Shown piece by piece: positions 50,669-60,934 of a stretch of DNA of 64,000 nucleotides (the first letter of the stretch is position 1; every line of letters begins with the position of its first letter). A program made the translations under genes and the position numbers. This DNA is from an uncultured delta proteobacterium (GTDB taxonomy: Bacteria; Desulfobacterota; Syntrophobacteria; Syntrophobacterales; Syntrophobacteraceae), in contig CAWEHK010000023.1 of NCBI GenBank assembly GCA_963808625.1, positions 32,687 through 96,686 of the forward strand, in the 5' to 3' direction. A model generated the notes under the pieces. The model saw nothing but the letters and a program-made list of their open reading frames with translations, did not search any database and was not told the origin of the DNA.

Positions 50669-52468
50669 ATGACGGATAAGGAAATGAAGCCAAGACGCGA
50701 TCCTGCCCTTACCAAACCCGAAATGGACGATATCAAGCGCCTTATCACGGTGGGGAAGGAAAAAGGTTATCTCACGTATGACGAAGTCAACGAGGCCTTA
50801 CCTGAAGATCTGGTGTCTCCCGAAAAAATGGACGACATGATGATGATTTTTGATGAGATGGACATCGAAATTGTGGACTCCGAGCAGCAGGTGCAGGTGG
50901 TGCGGGAGGGGGTTGGTGCGGATTCCGAATCCCTGATTGGGGAAGAGGAGGAAGACCTCCAGCTCGAAGCCGACGTCACCAGCAGGATCACCGATCCGGT
51001 CAAGATGTACCTGCGGGAGATGGGACAGGTATCGCTTCTCACCCGCGAAGGCGAAGTCGAAATCGCCAAGCGGATCGAGATGGGAGAAAGAGAAATCTTC
51101 AATGCCATCATGGAATCGTCGATCGGCATAAAGCAGATCATGAGTCTCAAGGAGAAGCTGGAAAACGGCAGTATGCGGCTGCAGGATGTGCTGCGGGAAG
51201 TTGACGAAGAAATGACGGTCGACGAGGAAGCAGCACAGAAGGCCCGAGTCATCAGCATGCTGGAAGAGGTCAGGCGGTTGGATGAAACCAACAAGGCCAT
51301 GCACACGACCCTGCTCGCACAAGATAGCACCTTGGAGGCGGAATCCGTCCTGAAACACCAGGTTCAGCAGAACAAAGAACAGATCGTGAGTCTGCTCAAG
51401 GGACTGCAGCTTGGAAGGCGCCATATCGACAGCATCATTGACAGGTTGCACATGTGTCTCAAAAAGATTGACACCTGCGAGAAAGACCTGGAGCACTGCC
51501 TGTTATCCTGTGGGAAGCCCTTCCAGGAGTTGAAGCCGCTGTATGATGCGTCGCAAAACGGTGATGAGGCTCTGGATTGCTCAGCAAGAGATCTGGGCAT
51601 GTCGCGTGAAGACTTCGTGGCACTCGTTATCCGTGCGGTCGAGGCGAGAGAAGAGATTACCCGGCTGGAAATGGAAGCCAAGCTGGATGCCAGGTCTCTG
51701 CGGCAAATTCTCCGGCGCGTGGACGAAGGTTTGATTCGCGCCAAGCTTGCCAAGAGCGAACTGATCGAGGCCAACTTGCGCCTCGTCGTGAGCATCGCCA
51801 AGAAATATACCAATCGGGGGTTGCAGTTCCTGGATCTCATTCAGGAAGGAAATATCGGCCTCATGAAGGCGGTGGACAAATTCGAGTATCAGCGCGGCTA
51901 TAAGTTCAGCACCTACGCCACGTGGTGGATCCGCCAGGCCATCACCCGCGCTATTGCCGATCAGGCTCGCACCATCAGAATCCCGGTTCATATGATTGAG
52001 ACCATCAATAAACTCGTTCGCACCTCCCGCTATCTGGTTCAGGAACTTGGACGCGAGCCCACGCCGGAGGAGATTGCGGAAAAGATGGAATTCCCGGTGG
52101 ACAAGGTGAGGAAGGTCCTCAAGATTGCGAAGGAACCGATCAGCCTGGAAACCCCAATCGGAGAAGAGGAGGACAGCCACCTTGGAGACTTCATTGAGGA
52201 CAAGAGGGTGGCTTCTCCGGTAGACGCCGTGATCAACCTCAATCTCAGCGAACAGACCCGAAAAGCCCTGGCAACGCTTACCCCAAGAGAAGAGAAGGTC
52301 CTGCGCATGCGTTTCGGGATTGGGGAGAAGGCCGATCATACGCTGGAAGAGGTGGGACAGGACTTTGCGGTGACCCGGGAGCGTATCCGCCAGATTGAAG
52401 CCAAGGCTTTGCGAAAGCTTCGGCACCCGAGCCGCCGGAAGGAATTGCGGAGTTTTATCGAAACTTAG
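50669..52468 (+). CDS. rpoD: RNA polymerase primary sigma factor
   Basis: [49 protein letters not shown]. Confidence 0.98.
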   Translation: MTDKEMKPRRDPALTKPEMDDIKRLITVGKEKGYLTYDEVNEALPEDLVSPEKMDDMMMIFDEMDIEIVDSEQQVQVVREGVGADSESLIGEEEEDLQLEADVTSRITDPVKMYLREMGQVSLLTREGEVEIAKRIEMGEREIFNAIMESSIGIKQIMSLKEKLENGSMRLQDVLREVDEEMTVDEEAAQKARVISMLEEVRRLDETNKAMHTTLLAQDSTLEAESVLKHQVQQNKEQIVSLLKGLQLGRRHIDSIIDRLHMCLKKIDTCEKDLEHCLLSCGKPFQELKPLYDASQNGDEALDCSARDLGMSREDFVALVIRAVEAREEITRLEMEAKLDARSLRQILRRVDEGLIRAKLAKSELIEANLRLVVSIAKKYTNRGLQFLDLIQEGNIGLMKAVDKFEYQRGYKFSTYATWWIRQAITRAIADQARTIRIPVHMIETINKLVRTSRYLVQELGREPTPEEIAEKMEFPVDKVRKVLKIAKEPISLETPIGEEEDSHLGDFIEDKRVASPVDAVINLNLSEQTRKALATLTPREEKVLRMRFGIGEKADHTLEEVGQDFAVTRERIRQIEAKALRKLRHPSRRKELRSFIET

Positions 52469-52469
52469 C

Positions 52470-52499
52470 TTGACAATTTCGGGTGTGTCTTTTTATATA
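52470..52499 (+). promoter_or_regulatory. Putative sigma70 promoter of the tRNA
   Basis: TTGACA-18 nt-TATATA just upstream of the tRNA. Confidence 0.5.
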
Positions 52500-52525
52500 A
52501 GTGCATAAATTTTGAGCGGATTTGA

Positions 52526-52598
52526 GGGCCCATAGCTCAGTTGGAAGAGCCACCGGCTCATAACCGGTAGGTCCCTGGTTCGAGGCCAGGTGGGCCCA
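52526..52598 (+). tRNA. tRNA with CAU anticodon, probably tRNA-Ile2 (lysidine); CCA not encoded
   Basis: GGGCCCA acceptor stem, TAGCTCAG D-arm, CCGG-CTCATAA-CCGG anticodon arm, GGTTCGA T-loop; usual position after rpoD. Confidence 0.9.
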
Positions 52599-52748
52599 TC
52601 TTAGAGAAGAGCTGAGCGGTTGAGACTGAGGGAAGAGGTTTTAATCCGAGGATTACGCATGACATGGCTGACTGCCGAGGCTGGTTCCACGCGAGGCAGG
52701 AGCTGGCGGCTGAAAGCTTCGAAAGCTTGCAGCAAAAGGGTTTACAAA

Positions 52749-52782
52749 GGGGGTGTTCGGAACGGAACACCCCTAATTTTTT
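52749..52782 (+). terminator. Probable intrinsic terminator/hairpin
   Basis: aggggtgttc..gaacacccct followed by aatttttt. Confidence 0.5.
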
Positions 52783-52798
52783 GGGGAGACCCTAAAAC

Positions 52799-53630
52799 AT
52801 GTTGTTAGTGCGGGATGTTCTGGACTGGCTTGATTTCTACGCTCCCTTTCGATACGCCTTGTCCTGGGACCATTGCGGCCTTCAGGTCGGTGATCCGGAG
52901 GCCCCTGTGAAACGCATCCTCGTGGCCCTCGATCCCAATACGGCAACGCTGAGTGAAGCGGAAGATCATGAATGCCAGTGTCTGGTGACCCATCATCCCC
53001 TGTTGTTGCACCCCCTGAGAGCGCTGCGCACCGATCAGTTTCCGGGAAGTCTGGCCATCCGGGCGGTGCTCAAAGGAATTCACGTGATCGCGGCCCACAC
53101 CAACCTCGATGTCGCCAAAGGGGGTACTAACGAGCATTTGAGTCAAATGCTTTCGCTGCACACGACGCAGCCTTTGGACCGCGATGACGCAAGAGCGGGA
53201 GAGGACCGCTACTCAGGCATGGGCCTGACCGGATTTCTCTCCCGGGCGATGAGTTTCAGGGCCTTGGTGGAAAAAACGATCAAAGCCCTGGGGGGGATTC
53301 CCGTGAGAGCGGTCGGTAACGCCGACCGGCAGGTCCATCGCGTGGCCCTGTGCACGGGGAGCGGCGGCAGCCTGATGGAACAGGCCATCAGCCAGGGTTC
53401 GGATGTCTTCATTACGGGCGATGTTAAATATCATGATGCCCAACGTGCCCTTGAAGCCGGTCTGGCGCTTATTGATATTGGCCACTTTGCCTCGGAGAGA
53501 ATTATCGTTCGCCCTTTAGCGGCCTTTTTGCGAGTCCGGGCGGCAGGGCGATGGTGAAGCCCTGGAAGTCTTTGAGGCGAGTGTGGAAAGGGACCCTTTC
53601 CAGCATGTGTCGCTCGACGCGACCTATTGA
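52799..53630 (+). CDS. Nif3-like dinuclear metal protein (frameshift near 53545)
   Basis: WD..GLQVG, THHP, HTNLD, GSGG, TGDVKYH, GHFASE; corrected end ..ERDPF. Confidence 0.9.
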
Positions 53631-53656
53631 TCACCCTTTCTTAGAGGAGGTCCAAA

Positions 53657-54403
53657 TTGCTTGAGCAACTCAAGTGCTTGGTTCAATACCAGATATTAGA
53701 AGACAAAAAGGCAAAACTGGTGCGAAGCTCGGAGGAGACTCCCAGGCGAATTGCTGAGATTGAAAAGGAATTTGAGGATTTTGAGTCGGTCTACCTGGGC
53801 AAGAAGGCGGAACAGGAACACGCCAAGAGTTTGCATCACTCCTTGGAACAGGAAATCAGCGATCTCGAGAATAAGATCAAGCGAAGCAAGGTTCGCATGA
53901 GTGAGATCAAAAACAACAAGGAATACCAGGCGGTACTGAAGGAAATCGGCGATCAGCAAAAAGAAATCACCGAGAAGGAAGATAGTGCCCTGGCGCTGAT
54001 GGAAACCATCGACCATCTTGGACGGGAACTCAAAGTACTTGCCAAAGAAGTGAAGCAGCGCAAGGAAAAGATGGAGGAAGACAAGCAGAAGCTGCAGCGT
54101 GAGGCCGACAATTTGCGGGAGCGCCTTGATGAGATCGAGGCTTGGCAGGCAAAAGTGCGGGCGAAACTGGAGCCGGACCTGTGGAAACGCTCTGAGGTGT
54201 TGCTGCAAAAGCAATCGGGCATTGCTGTCGCGCCCGTTGAAGCCGGAGTTTGCCAGGTTTGCCACCTGAACATCCCGCCGCAAAAATTCATTGAACTGCA
54301 GCGCGACGAATCCCTTATGCAATGTCCACACTGCCATCGGTTTATTTATTGGCCGGGACACGAAGGATACTGTGGCTTGGAAGAGGAGTGGGAAGAACTC
54401 TAA
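53657..54403 (+). CDS. Coiled-coil C4 zinc-ribbon protein (DUF164/HP0958-like)
   Basis: Long coil, KNNKEYQA, CQVC..CPHC. Confidence 0.9.
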   Translation: MLEQLKCLVQYQILEDKKAKLVRSSEETPRRIAEIEKEFEDFESVYLGKKAEQEHAKSLHHSLEQEISDLENKIKRSKVRMSEIKNNKEYQAVLKEIGDQQKEITEKEDSALALMETIDHLGRELKVLAKEVKQRKEKMEEDKQKLQREADNLRERLDEIEAWQAKVRAKLEPDLWKRSEVLLQKQSGIAVAPVEAGVCQVCHLNIPPQKFIELQRDESLMQCPHCHRFIYWPGHEGYCGLEEEWEEL

Positions 54404-54541
54404 GGGGGCGTCAAAAGATAGAAGGGCTTCTTTTACCACGAAGAACACGAAGAACACGAAGTGATTTCTTCGTGCTCTTCGTGTCCTTCGTGGTTTGAAA
54501 AAGGGCTGAAATGAGTGCAAGTTGTTCTTGGACAGTTTCTC
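54401..54541 (+). mobile_element. MITE family A copy starting at the upstream stop codon
   Basis: TAA-gggggcgtcaaaa...cttggacagtttc. Confidence 0.8.
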
Positions 54542-54681
54542 GACGCGTCCGTGCTTAAAATCCGCACGGCTGAGGTGGAAAAGGAAAAGGGTTGCGATTT
54601 TGGCTGGCCTGTAATATGAAATTGGCTCCTTTTTATCGGACCTTGAACTGGGTGCACCTTGCGAGAAGAGGGTAGAGTGTC

Positions 54682-55635
54682 ATGGCAACTTATGGTCTCA
54701 GGATTTTCGCTGGCAACAGCAATCCCGAATTAGCCCGACAGATTTGCGAATCTCTGGGGATAGCCCTGGCGCGTTCCCTCGTTTCAACCTTCAGTGATGG
54801 TGAAATCCGGGTGGAGATCAGCGAAAACGTTCGGGGGGCCGATGTTTTCGTGGTCCAATCCGGTTGTCAACCGGTCAATGATCACCTGATGGAATTGCTG
54901 GTGATGATCGATGCTCTGAAACGCGCCTCAGCCAGAAGAATCACCGCGGTCATTCCCTATTACTGTTACGCGCGTCAGGATCGGAAGAACAAGCCGCGGG
55001 TCCCGATCACCGCCCGCCTGGTGTCCGATTTGATCAGCCGGGTCGGCGCCCACCGCATTCTCACCATGGACCTCCATGCGGGCCAGATTCAGGGCTTTTT
55101 TGATATTCCCGTCGATAATCTGTACGCTTCGCCGATCCTGCTTCCTTACATTCGGGAACGGTTCGATAACGACATGGTGATTGTCTCCCCCGATGCCGGC
55201 GGGGTTGCCCGCGCCCGCGCCTACGCCCGGCGTCTTCGCGCCGGCCTCGCCGTGATTGATAAACGCCGCTCCGATGCGAATCAGGCTCAGGCTTTGAACA
55301 TCATCGGGGAGGTTGTCGGCATGACCGCCATTATTTTGGATGATATGGTGGATACGGCGGGGACCATGGTCGAGGCCGTCAATACGCTCTTGGAAAAGGG
55401 CGCGAAAGAGGTCCATGCCTGCGTTACCCATGCCGTTCTGTCGGGGCCTGCGGTGGAACGCATCGAAAAGAGCGCGTTGAAGAGCCTGATCGTTACCGAC
55501 ACCATACCTCTGCGTCCGCAAGTCGCTCAGTGCCGAAAAATCGCTTGTCTGCCCTCCTGCGGACTGTTTTCTGCTGCCATACGCAATATTCACAACGAGG
55601 ATTCCATCAGCACCTTGTTTGAAATTCTCCACTGA
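54682..55635 (+). CDS. prs: Ribose-phosphate pyrophosphokinase
   Basis: [38 protein letters not shown]. Confidence 0.97.
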   Translation: MATYGLRIFAGNSNPELARQICESLGIALARSLVSTFSDGEIRVEISENVRGADVFVVQSGCQPVNDHLMELLVMIDALKRASARRITAVIPYYCYARQDRKNKPRVPITARLVSDLISRVGAHRILTMDLHAGQIQGFFDIPVDNLYASPILLPYIRERFDNDMVIVSPDAGGVARARAYARRLRAGLAVIDKRRSDANQAQALNIIGEVVGMTAIILDDMVDTAGTMVEAVNTLLEKGAKEVHACVTHAVLSGPAVERIEKSALKSLIVTDTIPLRPQVAQCRKIACLPSCGLFSAAIRNIHNEDSISTLFEILH

Positions 55636-55637
55636 AA

Positions 55638-56963
55638 ATGAAGCCGGAATATATATATGCTGTTGATGATCGCCTGCCCTTCAGGTATGCCTTGATCTAC
55701 GGGCTCCAGTGGACGGTCATCATGTTTCCCGGCTTGATCATCGTGGCGCGGCTGAGCGGCATCGCTCTGCACGCGGACCTCGAAGAGGAAGTCCGTTTCT
55801 TTCAACTCATGCTCTTGACATCCGGCCTCTTTACCGCCATTCAAAGCCTGTGGGGGCACCGCTATCCGCTCCTCGACGGCCCTTCGACAGCGCTGCTGCT
55901 CACCTTGATCGTGCTCGCGCCGTACGGCCTTGCCTCCATTCAAGGGGGTCTGATCGCGGGCAGTGCCGTCCTGATCCTCTTGGTGTTACTCGGCAAATTG
56001 GAGAAGGTTATTGCTTACGCTACCCCGAATGTGGTGGGGGTGATCCTGATGTTGATCGCCTTCTCGTTGCTGCCGCACCTGACCCGGACCATGACGGGAG
56101 TGGACGGTCAACATCCGCATGGAGACATGGGGGTTTTTTCGGTCTGCCTTGTGCTGGTGGTCATCATGGCGAGTTTTTCCCATTGGTTCAAGGGCATTTG
56201 GAAGACTGTCGCCCTCCTGTTGGGAATGTTAGTGGGCACGGTTTATTTCGCTCTGACCGGTTGGCCCGATTATCACGATCTGCAAGCGGCCAGGTGGGTG
56301 TCCTATCCCCCGGCGATCGTCCCTTCCTGGCCGCAGCTCTCCTGGCCGGCCGTTTTGGCCTTTGCCTGCACCTATCTGGCGGTGGCGGTGAACAGCCTCG
56401 GCAGTCTTCACGGGATTGCCAAGCTCACCGATGAGGAACGCCTTCCCGCAGCCATCAATCGCGGCATCTTTATCAATGGGGCGGCCGGGGTTTGCTGCGG
56501 CTTCATGGGGGTGGTCGGGATGGTCAGCTACAGCATGAGTCCGGGAGTAGTCCTGGCGACGCGCGTGTCGAGTCGCTATGCAACAGCCTGGTGCGGAGTT
56601 ATTCTGATCGTCGCGGCTTTTGTCCCGAAACTCGCCGCCTTGCTGTCTCTGATCCCGGCGCCCGTCGTGGGTGCGGCTCTCTTTGTCGCCATGGGAGTGC
56701 AGGTCGGTGCCGGGTTGGGGATGGTGGCGACCGGGGAGATGGCCGGGCGGGATTATTTCGTTGTCGGTTTGCCGGTGTTGCTTGGGACATGTGTCGGGTT
56801 CCTGCCGGAGAAGATGCTGGCTTCAGTGCCGGTCGGTGTGCGGGTGATTTTTGGCAACGGTTTGGTTATCGGCATTCTGTTGGTATTGCTCCTGGAACAC
56901 CTTGTCCTTCGCAAGGCACGGGACCGGAGTTCGTCGGGGAAATCGCAGAGCGCTGAAAAATAA
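55638..56963 (+). CDS. NCS2 xanthine/uracil permease family transporter
   Basis: [19 protein letters not shown]...TRV.SR, PAPVVG. Confidence 0.85.
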   Translation: MKPEYIYAVDDRLPFRYALIYGLQWTVIMFPGLIIVARLSGIALHADLEEEVRFFQLMLLTSGLFTAIQSLWGHRYPLLDGPSTALLLTLIVLAPYGLASIQGGLIAGSAVLILLVLLGKLEKVIAYATPNVVGVILMLIAFSLLPHLTRTMTGVDGQHPHGDMGVFSVCLVLVVIMASFSHWFKGIWKTVALLLGMLVGTVYFALTGWPDYHDLQAARWVSYPPAIVPSWPQLSWPAVLAFACTYLAVAVNSLGSLHGIAKLTDEERLPAAINRGIFINGAAGVCCGFMGVVGMVSYSMSPGVVLATRVSSRYATAWCGVILIVAAFVPKLAALLSLIPAPVVGAALFVAMGVQVGAGLGMVATGEMAGRDYFVVGLPVLLGTCVGFLPEKMLASVPVGVRVIFGNGLVIGILLVLLLEHLVLRKARDRSSSGKSQSAEK

Positions 56964-57000
56964 CCAAGAGCTAAGAAGATCTTCATCAGGAGAAACATCC

Positions 57001-57441
57001 ATGAAGGACCAGAACATCATCCCCTGCCCCAATTGTGGAACAGTCGTCACGGTTTACCGCAATCCTTTCCTTACCGTGGATATCATCATTCGGTTGACCC
57101 GTGGGACCGTGGTTTTGATCGAACGGAAGAACCCTCCATACGGGTGGGCGCTTCCCGGGGGGTTCGTGGACTACGGAGAAAGCCTTGAAACGGCGGCCTG
57201 GAGAGAAGCACGGGAGGAGACCGGGCTGGAAGTGGAGGATCTCGAACAGTTTCGGGCCTACTCCGACCCGAAGCGTGATCCGAGGCATCACACGGTGAGC
57301 GTCGTCTTTACCGGGGTTGGCAAGGGAACGCCAAAGGCTGCTGACGATGCCAAGCGGGTCAGAGTCTTCCGCATCGAGGAGCTCCCCGATAACCTGGCCT
57401 TCGATCATGCAAGGATTTTGGCGGACTATTTTGGTCTGTGA
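57001..57441 (+). CDS. NUDIX hydrolase
   Basis: [23 protein letters not shown]udix box, RDPR, LAFDH. Confidence 0.92.
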   Translation: MKDQNIIPCPNCGTVVTVYRNPFLTVDIIIRLTRGTVVLIERKNPPYGWALPGGFVDYGESLETAAWREAREETGLEVEDLEQFRAYSDPKRDPRHHTVSVVFTGVGKGTPKAADDAKRVRVFRIEELPDNLAFDHARILADYFGL

Positions 57442-57470
57442 CAGAAACTTTCGTGAAGGTTGAAATTCTT

Positions 57471-57620
57471 CTTACCGCAGCGTCGCAGAGAACAAGAGTC
57501 CGGATTGTTTTTTCGTCATGCCGGCACTTTGAGCCGGTATCCGGAAGTTTCAAGGTCCGTTAAGGCCTGACGGAATACGCCTCTGAGCAATAGTCACTCT
57601 ATAGTGCGGTGCTGTACTTA
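57471..57620. mobile_element. Degenerate MITE family B-like copy
   Basis: gcagcgtcgcaga..gtccg..gtcatgccggc..; end gtgcggtgctgtactta. Confidence 0.45.
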
Positions 57621-57697
57621 TTGGGCGGGGAATAAGCGGAGGGCACACGAGAGGTTCTATTTGGACAAGCTTGGAAAGTTCGCAGGCTGATAGGTTA

Positions 57698-58540
57698 ATG
57701 GCGCCAATCAAAGAAACGCAAGAATTGATGGAAGCCGATCTTCCGGAAGAGAAGGTGTGTGAGGTCTCGACCTGGGTTTATGACCGCAAAGGCCTGGGCG
57801 TTGAGCGCTCGCAATGGCTGATCAAGGAACAGGCCGTTACCCTGTATTTAAACGGTCGCGAGGTCGTTACGCTGCTTTGCGCCGGTCACCATCTGGGTGA
57901 GTTGGCCGCGGGATTTTTTTTCGCCGAAGGTTTTCTTCAAACGCCGGCGGATGTTGAGAGTCTGGAAGTCAACGAAGCGGAAGGGAAGGTGAACATGACC
58001 GTCCGCAGTGACATGTCGTTGACGGAACGCTTGTGGCAGAAGCGAACGGTCACTTCCGGCTGTGGCAAGGGGTCCCTTTTCTATTACTCGTTGGATGCCC
58101 TGATGAGCAGACCGGTTTCATCAGGCACCGTGAGCCTATCCGTGAACCAGATTGTCGACCGCGTTGAGGACCTCAATCGGCTCAGTAAAACTTATCGGCG
58201 CACTCACGGGGTGCATAACACCGCCGTCGCCGACGGCGATCGCATTGTGCTGTTTCGAGATGATATCGGGCGACACAATGCCGTGGATATGATCGTGGGG
58301 CATTTTTTCCTGAATCGTCTTTCTCTTGAGGACAAATTTCTCATCACGACCGGCCGCCTTACTTCCGAGATCCTGATCAAAGCCGCCAGGATAAGAATTC
58401 CGGTCCTGGTCAGTCGCAACACGGCAACAAGCCTGGCCGTCGACCTGGCAAAAAGCCTGAATATCACCCTGATCGGTTATGCCCGTGCGGGGAAATTCAC
58501 CGTATACAGCGGAGCAGAACGCATAGTACAGAAGCCCTAG
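57698..58540 (+). CDS. fdhD: Formate dehydrogenase accessory sulfurtransferase
   Basis: TSGCG, T.GVH, DIGRHNAVD, TGRL.SE, LIGYAR. Confidence 0.92.
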   Translation: MAPIKETQELMEADLPEEKVCEVSTWVYDRKGLGVERSQWLIKEQAVTLYLNGREVVTLLCAGHHLGELAAGFFFAEGFLQTPADVESLEVNEAEGKVNMTVRSDMSLTERLWQKRTVTSGCGKGSLFYYSLDALMSRPVSSGTVSLSVNQIVDRVEDLNRLSKTYRRTHGVHNTAVADGDRIVLFRDDIGRHNAVDMIVGHFFLNRLSLEDKFLITTGRLTSEILIKAARIRIPVLVSRNTATSLAVDLAKSLNITLIGYARAGKFTVYSGAERIVQKP

Positions 58541-58593
58541 ATGACTTTTCACCGCGGAGAGCAAAGCACGACCTTGGCTGTCACCAAAAAAGA

Positions 58594-58731
58594 CTCACCG
58601 CAGAGACGCAGAGGTCGCAGAGAAAACAAGACGTTAGAGGACACTTGTGAAAAGATTTCTAGAAACCGCACGTTAGCAACGCCGAGAGAATCAGTCGGTT
58701 TTCTCCGCGCTCTCTGCGCCTCTGCGGTGAG
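58594..58731. repeat. CGCAGAG/CTCTGCG palindromic repeat
   Basis: ctcaccgcagagacgcagaggtcgcagagaaa...tttctccgcgctctctgcgcctctgcggtgag. Confidence 0.7.
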
Positions 58732-58757
58732 ATTCTTTTTCTAACAGGGACCCGTGA

Positions 58758-59898
58758 ATGTTCCTTTATCTCGACAATGCTGCAACCACATATCCAAAAC
58801 CCGCTTCGGTTTACGAGGCCGTTCGCCAGGCGCTGGAAGAGGTGGGTGCGACGCCTGGTCGAGCCGCCCATCGCAGGGCCCGGGAGGCCCTCGGGATGGT
58901 TGCGGAGGCCCGCATGAAAGTGGCGCGCATCGCTCGGGGTTGCCAATCCCGACCGCGTTGTATTCACGAAAAATGCCACGGAAAGCATTAATCTGGTGCT
59001 CAAAGGTTGGCTGCGTCCCGGGGACCGTGTCGTGATTTCAGGGATGGAACACAACTCGGTCGTGCGCCCGCTCAAACGTTTAAGCGACGTGGGCGTGGTG
59101 GTCGAAACCGTGCGATGCAGCCCCATGGGGCACATCGACCTCGATGATTTTCACCGCAGGCTTAAACCCCCTCCAAGACTGGCCGTGCTGGTGCACGCTT
59201 CAAACGTCAACGGCGCCCTCCAGCCGGCTCGGGAGGCTGGCGAGCTGTGTTCGGACCAGGGCGTCCCGCTGCTCCTGGATGCCGCTCAGACGGCCGGGAT
59301 CCAACCGATCTTTACCGAAGCCTGGTGTCTTGGCATGTTGGCCTGTTCGGGGCACAAAGCCTTGCTGGGTCCGCCGGGAGTGGGAATTCTATACGTGCGG
59401 CCGGACCTGGATGTCCTCCCGCTGATGGAGGGCGGCACCGGAAGCCGTTCCGAAGAGGTCATGCAACCCGAATTCTGCCCGGACCGGTATGAAAGCGGCA
59501 CTCCCAATCTTCCCGGGATTGCCGGAGTGGCTGCGGGTATTGAGTTTATCCTCGAGCGGGGAATGGATTCCATCAGAGCACACGAACTGGCCCTCGGATC
59601 AATGCTTGAACAGGAACTGTCGGATTTGCCGGGGGTTAGAGTCTACCGCCCGGAAATACGGGGCACCGGTGCCGTATCCTTTACCATCGATGACCTCAAT
59701 CCGAGTGATGTCGGGGCCATCTTGGATGAGGGTTTTGGCATTGGCGTGAGGACGGGTCTCCACTGTGCCCCCCTTGCTCATCAGACCCTGGGCACTTTCC
59801 CCGAAGGGACGGTGCGCGTTTCTCCCGGGTATGCAACCTCTCCCGAAGATATCGCGTATTTTCTGCGCTCCCTTCGTTCTTTGCTGTCGCGCCGGTAA
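58758..59898 (+). CDS. Class V PLP cysteine desulfurase-like protein (frameshift near 58935)
   Basis: YLDNAATT, MEHNS, DAAQ, SGHK, ESGT, RTGLHCAP. Confidence 0.9.
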
Positions 59899-60028
59899 GG
59901 GGGCGTCCAAAAATGAAAGGCCTTCTTTTGCCGCGAAGAACACGAAGAGCACGAGGTGATTTCTTCGTGTTCTTCGTGGTTCAAAAAAGGGTTGAAATGG
60001 GTGCAAGTTATCTTTGGACAGTTTCTAA
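59896..60028 (+). mobile_element. MITE family A copy with TAA target duplication at a stop codon
   Basis: TAA-gggggcgtccaaaa...tttggacagtttc-TAA. Confidence 0.8.
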
Positions 60029-60127
60029 GGTGTGTCAGTTCGTCGCTGATATCGCTGAATTTGGCATGTGCACTCTGAGATGAATATGCAACAACTCTGA
60101 GATGAATATCACAAGGAAGGTCGAGAG

Positions 60128-60589
60128 ATGATCGGTAAAGCCAGAACTGCTCATGTTCCGGTAATTCAAAAGATGCTTGGTGATTTTGCCGGGCAGGGAA
60201 AACTGCTGGCGCGTCCTTTAAGCGAGCTGTACACCAGCCTCCGGGATCTGGTGGTTGCCGTGGACGAAGAGAGCGGAGAGGTCGTGGGCTGCTGCGGCCT
60301 TCATATCATCTGGGAAAACCTTGCCGAGATCCGTTCTCTCGCCGTGTTGGATACCCACCAGGGAAAGGGCATCGGGCGCCGGTTGGTGGAGGCTTGCATC
60401 GCCGAGGCCCAGGACCTGGGTATCGGTCAATTGTTTACTCTCACCTATGAAACGGGTTTCTTTGAACACCTCGGATTCCGCATTGTCGATAAGAATGTTT
60501 TCCCGCAGAAGATCTGGGTGGATTGTCTTCAGTGCCCCAAATTTCCCAATTGCGACGAGGTGGCCCTGGTACTCGATCTGGAGGAATAG
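60128..60589 (+). CDS. Short GNAT N-acetyltransferase, ArgA-like
   Basis: LAEIRSLAV, QGKGIGR, KIW.DC..CPKFPNCDE. Confidence 0.8.
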   Translation: MIGKARTAHVPVIQKMLGDFAGQGKLLARPLSELYTSLRDLVVAVDEESGEVVGCCGLHIIWENLAEIRSLAVLDTHQGKGIGRRLVEACIAEAQDLGIGQLFTLTYETGFFEHLGFRIVDKNVFPQKIWVDCLQCPKFPNCDEVALVLDLEE

Positions 60590-60742
60590 GGGGGCTTTTC
60601 AGTCATCGGGGTGTTTGTCGGCACAGCCTTTGGGCGACATGGGAGATGGTTCTTGGAGTACGGTTTGCAAACGGCTTTAGCATGAGTTATACAACTATCC
60701 ACTTGAGCAAATGAGGGTGCCGATAATGTGCCTTCGTGCTCG

Positions 60743-60880
60743 CTTAGTACAGCTGACATAAAGAAGAGTCCGAGGTCAGGTCGTCATACCGGCGAAAGCC
60801 GGTATCCAGACAGCGTTCTGGATTCCGGTTTGCACCGGAATGGAGCGTCGGGTCTATGGACGCTTTGTTTTGTAACGCTA
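60743..60880. mobile_element. Degenerate MITE family B-like copy
   Basis: ttagtacagctgacataa..gtccga..gtcataccggcgaaagccggtatccag..ctggattccgg. Confidence 0.5.
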
Positions 60881-60934
60881 AACTGGATTGACGATAGCGT
60901 GAATCCTCGAACAAGAAGGAAGCTATTTGCTGAT

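Noticed and set aside
54404..54681. RNase P RNA or a tRNA, often found after the zinc-ribbon gene or before prs
   Set aside because: The spacer is mostly a MITE, too short for rnpB, and shows no rnpB or cloverleaf motifs.
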